Origin: Chrysomallon squamiferum | Lineage: Eukaryota > Animalia > Mollusca | NCBI GenBank assembly: GCA_012295275.1 | Contig: CM022672.1 | Span: 29,450,001 to 29,514,000 of the forward strand | Reading direction: 5' to 3' | DNA: 64,000 nt | Shown here: positions 1-14,022 of the stretch, one piece after another | Numbering within the stretch: the first letter of the stretch is position 1 | Layout: each line of letters starts with the position of its first letter | The notes under the pieces: model-generated | Told to the model about the DNA's origin: nothing | Database searches by the model: none | Seen by the model: the letters and a program-made list of their open reading frames with translations, nothing else | Position numbers and translations under genes: made by a program

Positions 1-64
1 AATGGCTGGTTTGTCCTTGACTCAGGTTCGTGGTTCTCTTCTAGAGTTTCTCATTAAATATCAT

Positions 65-99
<35 letters not shown>

Positions 100-2550
100 T
101 TAAGTATTATTATTATTGTCATATTCATCATCATATTCATCATCATATTCATCATCATTTTCATCATCATCATCATCATTATTATTATTATTATTATTAT
201 TATCTTCATTATTATTCTTAACATCATTATATTTCTTATTATTTTTGTTAATGAAAAAGTCTGAGTAAAAAACCATATTGCCTCTTATAGTTGATGATTG
301 GCAAAAAGTATTTTTTTTATCAACAAGAAATAGCATGCAGAAAGGGGGCCAAAGGGGTGGTCCCATCAAAAGGGGGGGCATCCTACCAGAAAAAAGAACT
401 TAATAAATTTGGTTGGTTTATATTTAAATGAAATAAAGTGTTTTATTTTATGTTTCATTTGTGTTCACATATTCAAAATATTCATATTCTTCCTTTCTCA
501 TGATATGTCTCAGTACTAGGCCATATACTTGAGCATTTGAGGCATACAATCAAGGAGTTGGCCCCAGGCATCACCAGATCTCTGCATACCACTGAATAAC
601 ACATTACACCTTTGTGTGGTACTTAAACAACAGATACATTTTAACTCAGTGAGCACCCCACTGTATTCCAGTGGGGAGTTATAATAGATACTATGATAAT
701 TTCTAATGTACAAATGCTTTTAATATCATCACAACTTCTACAGTGAATATGTAAAGTAACCTAGAGATAACAGCCTTCAAAATTATTTAAAATAGGATGT
801 TAGGAAAGAAAATTGAAGTTTCTTACAAAGTTTAAACCAAACAGGTATTTGAGAATATATAAAACATTTAAATTATGGTATTTCTTAACCTATCTCAAAA
901 TATAAATTTAACAAGAAACAAAACAGGAAAAAAAGACAATCATTGGAAATTTATGTAGCCTCTTTATTCTTACTAGTATGGACATGCACACTAAAAACAA
1001 ATTAATTGAAACTTTATAAAACAAACAGTTTCTTGAATATAATAACTGATATTATATACTACAAATTTATATCAGATTAAAAAAATCTCTTCAGACATTT
1101 TCAGTGTGACACTTTTAGGAGAAGTCAGTTATTCTGAAGTGTCTGAATTTTTTAATATTTTTTATTTTACATATTTATTTACAAACTGCTGCAGGAGTAC
1201 TTGAAGACACAATCAAAACTTCACTATAAAGGACTCAATGTGTTCTCACCAACACAAATACACTTAAATAAAGCAATCACTTGTAAACTATGTTCTTACA
1301 ACAACAGCAGGTACATTTCAGAGTATATTTGTACTAAAGGAACAAAGAAACCAGGCTCAACATGTGAGATTAATTGACCGTGATGGTCATGGGTTGTCTG
1401 TAGTACAGTTCAGAGTGTCTCACTCCGTAGATTTTATTTCTTGTGTGTGATATACTGACTCAAGCAAATCAAATCATCTGCTGTTGATGGTTTGATCTGA
1501 GACATGTTTGAGGATTAAGAGATGAAGGATAATAACCGTATCTAATCTGGTTTGACACTCAGTCAGTTTGAAATCTGTCACCTTATGAATGGACAATTAG
1601 ATTTTACTTCTTTTTTAAATTTGAGACAGGTCCAGGCAGGAAGCATAGTGTACTGCTTGGGTAACACTGTCAGGCAGGGTTGTTTTTGCCAGAAGGGTGA
1701 AAGAGTTAAAATATCAAATGTAAAAATAACTTAAGAGTATAGAAATATAAAATTAAAATAATAACAAATTTGTTTTCACTGATTTATATTTTTTAAATTC
1801 TGAATAACAAAGTAAATTTTTGGCAGTCCACTGAACTGTGTGTATGATTTCAAACAAAGCTGTTCCAGGGATTTCATATTTTCTCTTTTCTTTTTGTCAG
1901 TGGTAACCACAGAAGAAACATAATAACAGCAGATTCAAGATAAGTTAATTTCTGGCAGAAATCCCACTCAAAAGCAGGGTTATTTCTAAACGTTTTTGTA
2001 TAACCATTTGTGTACAGGATAATTTCTTTTCATTGTCATGTTCTTTGTGAAAGCATTTCTGAGATTTGTTTGAAACAGATTAGTAAGTATAATATTGATA
2101 TTAGCAGTTTACTAATTATGTAATAGCTCAGTATGTGTCTTATATGAATGTGTGTATGTGTTTTAAAAAGTGATAAATATTTTATAATTTTATAAAATTA
2201 TATGGTATTTAGTAAATGACTGAAGTAATAAAGTTTTTATAAAATTAAGTGATTATCAAGTAAGTAGGTATGTTTTTTTCTCTGTATTGTGTTAGTTTGT
2301 CTGTGAGCATACAAAACAGAGATTATTTTATTAGTGAATAAACTAAGATACTAAAATGACACATTTTACAAATACATAAAACACTTGACCAGTCTTAAAT
2401 AACAGTAGTTTCAGTATTCATAGTGTTTACATAGTACACTTGTAAAATACTTCTGTATTGACTTTATGTACATATAATATATAACAGTTTCATGGACACT
2501 TAAAACATAGAGCTGTGCACGGAAAAATATGTACAAGACACATATACATT

Positions 2551-2582
<32 letters not shown>

Positions 2583-2940
2583 TTTAAAATTTCAGGTACA
2601 TAACTTACAACATAAACACTTAATACATTTTTCAAATCTCTGCCTGTATTATCCTGGTTGACATTCACTAACAAATCTTAATGCAGTCTGGTTCCTCCAC
2701 TGGTCTGGAATTTCAGATGTACAAACCCACCAGATATTTAACTTATAGCACTGACTGTAGAGTTAGCACTGGTTTGGTTTGCTGGTTTCATTAATGCAGT
2801 GTTCTATGCTGTTCACTGTATAACTAATGTAATTCAGCATTCCGTGTGTAACTAACAGGTACATTTATAGCACACTAATGAATAAACTGGAGTGAAATAA
2901 AGCGTGTAGAATTTATTTACATATAAAACACTAAATGTTT

Positions 2941-3023
2941 CTTTTTGCTATTTTTCTACTGGTCTCTGCATGCATGCATGCATGTGTGTGTGTGTATGTT
3001 TTTTTTGCTATTTCTGTTCTCTG

Positions 3024-3059
<36 letters not shown>

Positions 3060-3165
3060 TTTCTATTTCTGTTCTCTGCATGTGTGTGTGTGTTTTGCTA
3101 TTTTTCTTGTTCTCTGCATGTGTGTGTGTGCGTGCGTGTGTGCCTGTGTATGTGTGTGTGTGTGT
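2941..3165 (+). repeat. Compound minisatellite, 4 units of TTTTGCTATTTCTGTTCTCTGCATG(TG)n
   Basis: Units begin near 2942, 3001, 3056 and 3093. Confidence 0.85.
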
Positions 3166-3996
3166 CGTAAATATATTTAGTTTTTTTCCAGATATTTTTG
3201 TTTTGCTACAAGTAAGAAATAACAAAATACTAAGTCTAATACCATTCACAAAGGCTGTCATTCCTTTTCTTTGTTATTTGTTCAACATGTTACGTGTTAC
3301 ACAGAATAGTTAAAAACAAATTCTGTGGAAGAGAGGACAACAAGAAAATCTCTAGAGTTTTTACTTCAACTACCATGCAGTGACTTGAACTTGCAGACAC
3401 AATTACACACGTGCACATGTATGCACACACATGCAAAAAAAAAAAAAAAAAAAAAAATTATTATAATTTACTTTTGTATTTTCATGAGGATTCTTTAATC
3501 TGCACAAATATTTGATAAAACAAAACAAAAATGTCACAAAACAGAACTATCCCTTTTTTCATACCACAAATAACTTAGTGTTTTGATATGACAGCAGTGT
3601 AATATGAAGTGTATGTGTCAGATATTAACTGCTGTGTAAAGTGACTGGTATATTACAGTGTTTATTACCTGTGTGACATCTGTGTGATGGATAAGCCGTG
3701 TACCTGTTTCCCCTGCATCACAGACAACAGACAGAAAATTATAACAATGCTTGTTCTTGTCAGTCTCTTGACAGTTATGTTTTATTTGTTAATGAGATTG
3801 ATTTGTTTTTTTTTAATATCTTCCTCTACACCATATTACGATTCATTATTACGTAGTTTATAAAACCAACAAAAAAACTTTGATAATTATTACACACACA
3901 CACACATACACACAACCACACAAACACATGCAAATGCACATAAATGCACACATGCACATGGTCATCTCCCTGGTCAAATCAGAAAAAGACAAATGA

Positions 3997-4037
<41 letters not shown>

Positions 4038-4683
4038 AAAACATAAAAAATAAAAAAACTGACAAAAGTGAATAATTATCAAATGTTTTGTTCTTCTTGT
4101 TGTTGGTCTTCAGAATGTTAAAAGGGTGTAAAAATAAAATGAAAATTCCTGTTTGATTGATAAACAGATGTGACAAGTTGTGGAAAAACTGCAGAAATGG
4201 TAAGTAAATTAATGAGTTTAATCCATGGATTAAAAAAATCGCAGTAGCCATGTAATCAAAGTTAACATTTTCAGATTTTTTTGTGGGGGGACATTATTTT
4301 TTTATTTTTTTTATAAATTTTATTTCTGGAATGTTCACTAAATTTCATCACTGGAAACAGGTCATGTTAAAAGTTTAAACATTGCAGAGGGCATTTATTT
4401 GTTATTTTTGAAGAGGGATAACTGGCAAGGAACGAGTGACTTGTTGACAGATTGTCATCACTTGGTATTGTGTATTAAGGTTTTATCAACACACAATTGC
4501 AGAAAAAATTACTAAATTCACATTCTTGGCAAAAGCAAACCATGTTTGGTATTCAGCTGTATTTGGTATTCTAGATGTTTTTACACATATAACTTTTAAA
4601 AAGTTCACTGCAGTGTCCTTGTATTTGATGCAAGATGTTGCACGGACGAGGTAGGTTGGAAGGAAAATAACATTTGTATCTTT

Positions 4684-4729
<46 letters not shown>

Positions 4730-5720
4730 GTTTTATTTATTTGTATGTGTTTCTTTATTAAAAAAAAAAAAGAAAAAAGTATACTTACAGGTTTAATGAG
4801 TTCATTTCATCAATTAGGGTGCAGAACTCACGAGGATCTGTTCAAATCCTGTAGGGAAAAAAGTATTACATTTTGTTATGCTGCTGCTATAACTGTTTTA
4901 TATTTTTATTTTAATATTTATTATTAAATAAATAACAGAACTGTTACTATTTACTTAAACATTTGTAGTTACTTATTTTTATTATTGCTATATTAATAAA
5001 GTTGTTGTTGTTTTTATTATTATTATTGTTATTATTATTAGTTTTGTTATTATTATTAGTTACTGTGAGGGTTTGTTATTGTTTTTGTTACTGCTGTTGA
5101 AATGTGGATAGATAAAAAATAATACTGTAAATATCATCCAGAATTGTCAATGAGAATTCCCTTGCCATTGCAGTCATTTTGCATAAACTCAGTCTTTTAA
5201 AACATTTTACATTATCCTTTCAATCATGTAAAGTAAATTTCATTTTTTCTTTTTCCCAGTTTCTCTCTCTTTTTTCTTTCCTAAATAAATAAATATATAA
5301 GTAAAAAAGTAATAAAAAAAAGTCTTAAGATAGTATTAAACATAAATTAACCTTTATATCTTTATTTTATTTTTAAACCACTGATAGATGCACATTTTAT
5401 TCAGTTTTTCATTGACAAAATCACATTTTTAAACATTGGCAGAAGTGGCATTAAACATTATTATGAAAATTGATTTTCTTACTAGCTGTTTATAACAGTA
5501 CTTATTTCATATATCTCCAATAGTATGATATGAAAGGTGGTTAAAATAATTGCTTCCTTTTTTCTTTCTTTTCTTTATTTCATAAATTAATTTAATTTCA
5601 GATATAATAATTTTATAATGCATGCTCCATATAAACACACAGACCATATCTACTTTTGTGCCTATTCATCACACACACACACATGCACATACATACCTCC
5701 ATTCATACATACAAACATAA

Positions 5721-5751
<31 letters not shown>

Positions 5752-6024
5752 CATACATACATACACATATATATGTAGATATAAACACACATACACAAAA
5801 TCATACCCATTCTAATGCATACATAAAATCATATAAAAACCTGTACCCTTTGAAAACATTCAGCAAAGAAAGAATATTTCATCAAACATGCAGTCATTAA
5901 ATTTTAATGTCGGTCAGTTGCTCACAAGACAGTAACTCAGTGGACAGTGGCCCACCATAATGTGAGAATTTTTTTTTAGAAATAAAGCTTTATTTATTAT
6001 TTTATTAACAAGAAATAACAGAGT

Positions 6025-6077
<53 letters not shown>

Positions 6078-6369
6078 ATAACCTATAGTAAAATTTTATT
6101 GGTTAAAAAAATTGGCAACAGTGCTGAGCAGTTGTCTGTAAACCATTAAATTCCATGCATGATATACAAGTTATATAACACTGGTGCTATACACTTTATA
6201 TTTAACTTTAAACATGTACTTCATGTAGCCCAGGCTTGCTAAATCACATCATTAGTTAACATGTCACATTCACTTAAGAGGTCAGGTCACACAGGTCAGC
6301 TAGTGTTTCAGACAGCCTCCTGTAACCACGGCGACTGCCGACCTAATCTGTGTAGATTATTTCTTACAG

Positions 6370-6447
6370 ATGGTACTGCCCTAAGGCAGGATCGCCATGC
6401 AGGGTTGAGTCTAACCTATCATTCCAAAGGGGCAGGCCCTTTATCAG
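6370..6447 (+). CDS. Candidate 78-nt symmetric (phase 1/1) upstream or cassette exon of the Mieap-like gene
   Basis: ttcttacag|ATGGTACT...TTATCAG|gttagt. Open frame (D)GTALRQDRHAGLSLTYHSKGAGPLS, phase-compatible with the acceptor at 7855. No homology recognised. Confidence 0.5.
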
Positions 6448-6907
6448 GTTAGTGTGTAATTAATAACAATAATGTGTGTGTTGGGGGGTATGGGGGTTTT
6501 AATGTAACACCAGATAATTTGTTAATAAAGTGCATTTGTGTGTATGTAATTTAATATATTTAATATGTAGTGTTGGGTAACGTAAGTACATGTGTGTAAA
6601 TAATACTACTGTGTTTAGTACAATGTGTGTGTTAAAAATAGCATTTCTCTATCATTCTGTGTTGTTTAATAAATATAACATTTATATGAAAATAATGTGT
6701 TTGATAATAGTGTTTATTAATGTAGTGTTTTTTGTAATGCATTATTTATCAATATAATGTGGGGTTTGTTTTGTAATATAGAGTTTGTTAATGTAATGAT
6801 TTTGTTAAGCCTTTTTGACTGTTTAATGTGTTTAATACACAGGAATGGTTGCTGATGCAGTATATTTGTTAATGTAATATGGTTTAACTATTAATTCTAT
6901 GTTGTTA

Positions 6908-6961
<54 letters not shown>

Positions 6962-7855
6962 TTTATTATTTTTGTGTGAGTGTGTGTAATGTTTATTAAT
7001 GCAGTTGTTAATGTAATGTGCATTAATTAATGATATGTGTTAATATAATGTATTTTTATTAATGTTTTGAAATGTTATTCATTTTTAATAGTGTGTAGTA
7101 GTTAGATGTTACATGTGTTTGCTAATGATTTTCTATTAACAAAGTCATTTGAAACCTCTCTCTTGTGAAGGGTTGGAAACTTGAGTGTTATCAATTAGTT
7201 CATGTGTTGCTGTTGAGAACAACAACCAAATGTTCATATAGGTCTCCTAGGAATGTTTGTGTGTGTTTGTGTAGTGTGTGTTATTGTATGTGTGTGTGTA
7301 CATACATGTGTAGTGTGGATGTATGTGGTATATTTATGTGGTATGCCTCTATTGTGCTTTTCTCTGTGTGTTTTTCATGAAAGGGTTGTAAGAATTGTTT
7401 ATTTGAAAATCAGTGTAGATTAAAGATAATATCTTTTTGGACTGATTATGGTTTAATGATGAACAGTCCAGTTCTTGTTTTTGTTGTTTGTACTAATGCT
7501 GGTACTTATAATTATGAATTTACACTTTGTCTGCACAGCAATCCATCTGTCCTTTGATCAGGTTAGTTATTACATTCATCAGATTATCCTTTTATCCATC
7601 AATTTGTTTACATTCAAAATTCCATCCATGTCATTCACTTCATATTTTATTTATTTATTTGTTTGTATTTTTGTGTGCATGTGTGGATTCAGTTGGATCA
7701 TACTGTTTCTTTGTAGAATTTTTTATCCATTAGTCTGTGAATCCAGTCTTCCAAATTAAACCCTCTTTATTTGGTTTTGTTTGTGTTGAAGACTTCACCT
7801 ATATTTCAGGAGGTATTTTCAGGATATTTTCTAGCAGATGTTTATTAAATTTCAG

Positions 7856-10731
7856 ATTTCCCGAGGTATTCTGGACTCTCCAGTATGATGCGTCCCAGCA
7901 GCTTCACGCTGAGTTCTCGACTTGACAGAACAACTTTGTTCTCACGTCCAGCATCTGTGCTGCCAAATGGAGAAAATGCAGAGACACTGAAGATGGAGAT
8001 AAGCAGACTGAAAGAGGAACTCCATGTTGCAAAGGATGAAGTTAAGAGACTTCTGCAGAGGGAACAGATGCTGAAGGAAAGGTATTTTGCATTCTGGTCA
8101 CAGTCAGTGTGATTATCATTTATGTCCATTCTGTCTAGTGTGTAGTTTCTTTTCTTATGGATGTAATTTGTTTTAAAGTTTTCAGATTACAAATGTTCAG
8201 TGCAAAGTTAAACTTGTGAGCATTGAGATGTGTGTGTGTGTGTGTTTCTGTATATGCATGCACCTTTGTCTGTGTAATATTGAGTAAATGAAAGAAAATG
8301 AAATAGGATAGAGTAGTTAGATATAATAAAGTACACACATGTATCAACATATAATACATATATTCACATACACACTTTTTTAACAGTGAGGTTTATTATT
8401 AATAAATATTACCAAATCTTTGTTATTATTAAATTGTTGTTGTTGTTGTTGTTGCTGTTACAGTTATTATTGTTGCTATTCAGGCTGTCAGACAACATCT
8501 GCACACAGTTTAATCTGAACAGTGGGAATTTTGAAAACCTTAGTCTCGGTGACAAGCGACCGAGTGAACTCATACACAAATACGGAAACCTGTACACAGA
8601 GGGACGCATGGATGCTATGGATGCGCTGAACAGACTTCCAGAACTGACTGACCTCGATATACTCAAAATGAAAATACTCTTCTCTGTTATTGTTGTGAGT
8701 GATCTTTATTTTATCTCTGTTTTAATATTATTTTTTATGTCTTGTCAACTGTGTGTGTTTTATCTGTGAGTTAAAAAATCTTGTTTATTGGTTAGTTACT
8801 TATTTAAAGTGTGTTAGAACATGTGATCAAATCTCTGTGATGGTCTGCTTCACTTTTGATAGTTCCTGACAGCTGTGTTTTTTCCACTCTATTGTATTTG
8901 TTCCTTCCTTGATATCAGATTCTGCATGTAAGAGACCTGACACTGTTATGATGACTGTAGATATCTGAATGTGTGATATCAAAAGGTTAGTGATAGGTAA
9001 TTAATCAAAGCTGGTCAAATTGTGTCACTGCTGTCACCCAACAGTCAACAACAGAAAAATAAATCAATTTTCTTAAGTGAATTATTTAACATCCAAGTGT
9101 TGATGATAGACAATTAATCCGTTCTATTTTTTTAAGCAGCAGTTTATCAAAATATTCAACTTCGGTATCTGCTAACAAAAAAAACAAAAAAATAGAAGAA
9201 CAAAACGAGTTTGTGCTTGTAGAGTCTTCAGTGACATATTTAACATCCAGTAACTGACTATAACAAGTAAATCAGTTTGTTCTACCAAGATCTTAAGTAA
9301 AATGTTTTTCATCCAATATCTGATAATCAAAAAGAATTGTTTGCTCTAGAAGTGTATTAAGTAAAATGTTTAAGATCCATTAGCTGAAAATAAAAAATTA
9401 TTTTTCCTTGTATCTAGGACAGTCATTTTGTCAGTTAGCTGATATACTCCAGTGATGTTGTTAAATAATAATATTCATCCATCTTTTCAGAAATTTATTA
9501 TAGAAAATTTATCCTAGTAGTATTATTAAACAACAGATATTTATATTTTAATATAATTTCTTGGGGGGGTTTTTAACTGTGAAATTATTTTATCCATCAT
9601 TTAATTAATTTACTGTAATAATACTGTATATTACTTAACAGATGGGCTGTATGTTACTATTAAATATTCAAATAGACATCATCCATCCATTTAAAAACTT
9701 AAGATTTAAAATTAAAATCACTTTGTATTGTTAAAAATATAATTTAAAAACGTGAATATTTTTAATGTTGCAGCTGTGTTTCCGGTCTGTGCAGCAGTCA
9801 ATCCAGGAGCTGCGAGGTAAACTTCGTCATCTGTTACATCTGCCGGTGCCTCGTGATGCAGAGGAGGAATGTGCAGACAGAATATCAACTGACATGGAGA
9901 AACACATCACATTTTATCTTCAACAGACAACAGACAGATTTGATCTGTCAGCTAATGCACAGGTACAGATATAACCACTGAATCAGTGATGGATGGATGG
10001 ATGGATGGATGGATATTGTAAAATTGCTCCTTTGTAATTATTTTTGTAGTAGTTTTGGGGGTTTGATAAAAATAGAGTTTTTAAATGTATATTAGTACTT
10101 CTGTTTAAAAATTTTGTAGCTTCAACCTTTGCAAAAAATAAAATACGATAATAACTTCTAGGCAGTTATTTTTCACTGATGTAAAACTGTATGAACTAAT
10201 ATTTGTTCTGAAATGACTAAGTATGAATTGTAAAGCAATATTGGTAAAGTGAGTCAGTTTGTCAAACGATAAAATAAAGACTTGCAGTTATGTAATTACG
10301 TTTAGCCGTTTTCTCCATTGATGATAAGATTACAGGAAATGTCCAGTTTACTAGTTTTGTGTTTAATGTCAGTTATTGATGAACTATAATCTCTTGAAGT
10401 ATTTGTCTGATTTAAGTAAAATAATTAATTTTTTTGCTATTTTCAGGAAGTTTGTTCACAGATCTACGCCACTCTGTTTGACTACCCCTGTTTAAAGGCG
10501 TGTCCACCGTTAATTGAGTACATCAAGGAGTGTCTGAGCCTCGCCTGGGCTCTGTCCGTACAAAAAACTCCTTTCATCATAGTTTACGATTCTAGAACTT
10601 TCAGTGACAACCTTCACATTCGCTTCCACACATCCGACCCAAACGAAAACAGAATTAACTGTTTTCTCTGGCCCTGCCTCATGGAGGGGCAGAATGGAGC
10701 TTGTGTGTACAAAGGTGTGGTGATCACGTGA
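7856..10731 (+). CDS. SPATA18: Mitochondria-eating protein (Mieap/SPATA18-like), 3' coding exons 7856-8081, 8484-8694, 9774-9962, 10447-10731; 5' part uncertain or outside the window
   Basis: Four GT-AG exons join in frame. They give a coiled coil (LKMEISRLKEELHVAKDEVKRL), then DKRPSELIHKYGNLYTEGRMDAMDAL, then a C-terminal ...YIKECLSLAWALSVQ...H.RFH...FLWPCLMEG...CVYKGVVIT* resembling the Mieap C-terminal domain. Orthology versus a Mieap-domain paralogue is not resolved. Confidence 0.75.
9072..9395 (+). repeat. Degenerate ~65-85 bp tandem repeat, about 5 units
   Basis: Core TTAAGTAAAATGTTTAACATCCAnTAnCTGA near 9072, 9142, 9226, 9292 and 9356. Confidence 0.55.
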
Positions 10732-11623
10732 CTGGTTGTCATGGTGACATGTTTTTTTTATTCCAGAATGTGAAGTTTTATTATTGGTGCATGTTTAATT
10801 ATGGTTTAGCAAAATGGTCAGTAATTAAAAATAAAATATATTTTTCAATAAAATTATTTTATAATGACATGGTAATTGTTTGTTATTTTTTTTTAATTTG
10901 ATTATTTTACTTCTTTTATTTATTTATTTTTCTTTATACAGGTTGAAGATCCCATGTTTAAAATCAGGACCCTAAAATCTCTGAATCCAAAACTTCTTTC
11001 AACCGGCCAAGATAGTGATAGTTTTCAGATGGTTTAGTTTAAATAAATTTGTCACACAAAAATTATTAAAAATGTTCCATAAATTACTTGTCAGCCATGT
11101 ATACAAGATATATATGGAATTACACTTAATTCCATTTCTCAGCTTGTATCTTTGCATTCAAAAAACTGTCGGATATTTAAAGCATTTTATACTTTGATTT
11201 ACAACACATTTTCTTGTTAGGATGACCTTAAATAATGCATATCCTGAATAGATGCTTCAGATAGTATCAGAGGATTGCCATAATTTCCTAAAATGCTAGT
11301 TTGTTTTGTAATATCCTATAAGTGTTGAAATAAATCAAATATTCATATGCACACAAATTAAATATCAAATCAAACTGACTACACATGACGTCCATCTTGT
11401 GAATTTATGATTCCACTGCTAGCATTATCAGTTAATTTTGGATTTTTTGTCACTTAATGGATTAAATCGATAGATGACACCATTTTATTTATTTATTAAT
11501 TAATTTATTTATTCTGTTCAAGAAAATGAAATAAAGATTTATTATTATTACTATTAATCTTTCAAATTAAAACCTTTAGCAGAATTATTTACTCATTGTC
11601 TTATCACGACATTTATCACTCAC

Positions 11624-12134
11624 TAAACCGCGCACGGTAACTTGCAGACGTCTATTCCAAAAAGGATGGTTGGGGGGGGGGGTAAGTGTGACGTAATTTG
11701 CTAAAAATACATGTGTAACACCCGATCTTAATTTTTTTGCTAGTATGTTATCATGAGTGAACCAGCTAGATTATTATCGGATTAAATATCAGTATAATAG
11801 AAACACAACCTGTTGATAATTATTATGACGTCGATGATGATTATGTTATTATTATTATTATCATTATTATCGTCATTATTATTATTAGTAGTAGTAGTAG
11901 TAGTAGCAGTTTAAAATATCTTGCAGTTTTCATATTGCGACAATTTATTCCTTTAGAATTAAACCGCGTAAGATATTTTGCAGACGTGTGTTAAAGAAAG
12001 ACAAAAGGATGGTGGGTGGAGTAATATGACGTAATTTGCTAAAAGTTTCGTAACCCAACCGAGTTTGGTATTTTAGCAGACGTTTGTCAGCTTATGCCTG
12101 TACCGTCTAGATTTGTTCGGATTAAATATCAGTA

Positions 12135-12136
<2 letters not shown>
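11624..12136. repeat. Diverged direct duplication of ~175 bp (11624-11796 and 11960-12136)
   Basis: Shared blocks in the same order: TAAACCGCG, TTGCAGACGT, AAAAGGATGGT, TGACGTAATTTGCTAAAA, CTAGATT, CGGATTAAATATCAGTATA. Confidence 0.85.
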
Positions 12137-12171
<35 letters not shown>

Positions 12172-12879
12172 TAATAAAAAATTTTAATTATATTTATTTT
12201 TTATTAATACTTCGGACGTGCATACTTTTGCTGCATAATATAAATAAACTGTACGTTACATAGCTACCTACATACAGCGGCGTTTTGTGGGATGTAAATT
12301 AGGGAAATCTGATGAAATAAAAGACAGAAAAGACCACAATGCAATGTGAATAAGGGACCTTGGAGCTTAAGCTTGCTTTGTTTCATAACATCTGTCTACA
12401 TGCCTGCCTACAAATTTATCCACACACACACACAGTGGACTTCGTGAAAAACGGCCTTTGACTAATCCGGATTTATATGTAAACCATGTATACCGGTACC
12501 ATTTCAAGGTCCCGTCCAGCTATCGTTTATCTATTACGAACCAAACCATGTCTAATCCGGATGTGCATTTTAATTTTGTTTATATATCTGTAAAGCATTC
12601 TTCTCTGTACTGTAATCCTACAGTTTATGATAATAAAGTTATTGTTTTACTTCTGATTTCGGGTGTAAATTCCAGAACAAAAAAACAGGTTGTATAGTTA
12701 ATTAGTTTTTTCAAACATCGGTACACAGTTTTGCAAGTACGATCACGTGTTAAACAATGGCGGCAACTTGCTACAGCGTGAGATGAAATAATCGCTCGTC
12801 TTTAAATTTAATCCGAGAAATTACCGACCTATTACATTACTAAGTTGTTTATAGAAATTATTTACATCTATAATTAATA

Positions 12880-13900
12880 ACAGACTGATGGTATTCTATA
12901 ATCAAGTTGAATTCCTGGAGGGGGTCAAATCATTCAAGATTGTTCAACAACTTGTAACATTTTTGTACTAGAAACTTTATTTGAATTACTAAAAAAAAAA
13001 AAAAAAAAAAAACAACAGAAGAATAATATGATTTTGAAAAAGCGTTTATCTCTGTATTGCGTTATGGCATATGGAAAAATAACAAAAACAAAACTAAACA
13101 AAACAAAACCATTAAGTTACGATGTTAATAGGAAATGTTTCAGAATAATATTTAATTAATATGTAGGTGGGTACAAAATCAAAATTTGTGCATAACCGCT
13201 GTAAATCAGAATATTTTCCTAGCAATACTGGAGTAAGGCAAGGGGAAAATTTGTCATGTTTTTTATTTTCATTATATTTTAAATGGTTTAGCAAACTGTT
13301 TAGTCATAGAAAGCTGTAAAGGTATTCAGTCAGTAACAGATTTTCTTGCGAAAAATATTAATGTAAAAAGTATTAAGTTATTTGTATTGTTTTAATTATG
13401 CTGATGATACTGTACTGTTAACGGAAACGGCTGATGATTTACAACATCAACGTCATTGTTTTGAAACATAGAACATGGAAATTAAACGTTAATGCTGCCA
13501 TGTCACAAATTATGATTTTTTTTCCCCACAGGCAATTTGAAAACAAATACTTTCAAATTTATATATAACAATACAAAAATAGAAATTGTTACTGAGATTA
13601 AATATCCCGAATTAACACAAACTAAATTAATAATATTCTGTAAAAGATTTTATTTATTTATTTATTTATTATTATTTTTTTAACAGATATCACTGAAAAA
13701 CATCATCTCAAGTTTTGCAAATATATATTACTTGTTAACAAGTTAACACCGAGCTTTATGGTGTATGGGGAATTAGGAAGATACAATTATCTATAAGTGT
13801 GAAAATAAAATGATTACATTTTGGGCAAAGGTTGTTCATCGTAAAAGAGTATAAATTGTCTAGTGTACCTACATGTTGTTATCATATAACTACTGTGTAC
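12880..13900 (+). mobile_element. Decayed non-LTR retrotransposon (LINE) reverse transcriptase fragment
   Basis: SEYFPSNTGVRQGENLS at about 13206-13256 and YADDTVLL at 13397-13420, then a WKLNVN-like segment. Frameshifts, stops and poly-A insertions interrupt it. Boundaries are approximate. Confidence 0.8.
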
Positions 13901-13973
13901 ATATTATAGCAAGTCATTGGTTGTTTTCTGTGGAGTCAAAATCAATACTTTAAACTTCCAAATGATATAGTTA

Positions 13974-14022
<49 letters not shown>

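Noticed and set aside
1195-1310. Possible exon bounded by cag|GAG and CAG|gtacat
   Set aside because: The open frame is phase 0/2, incompatible with the phase-1 Mieap junctions, and no homology is recognised.
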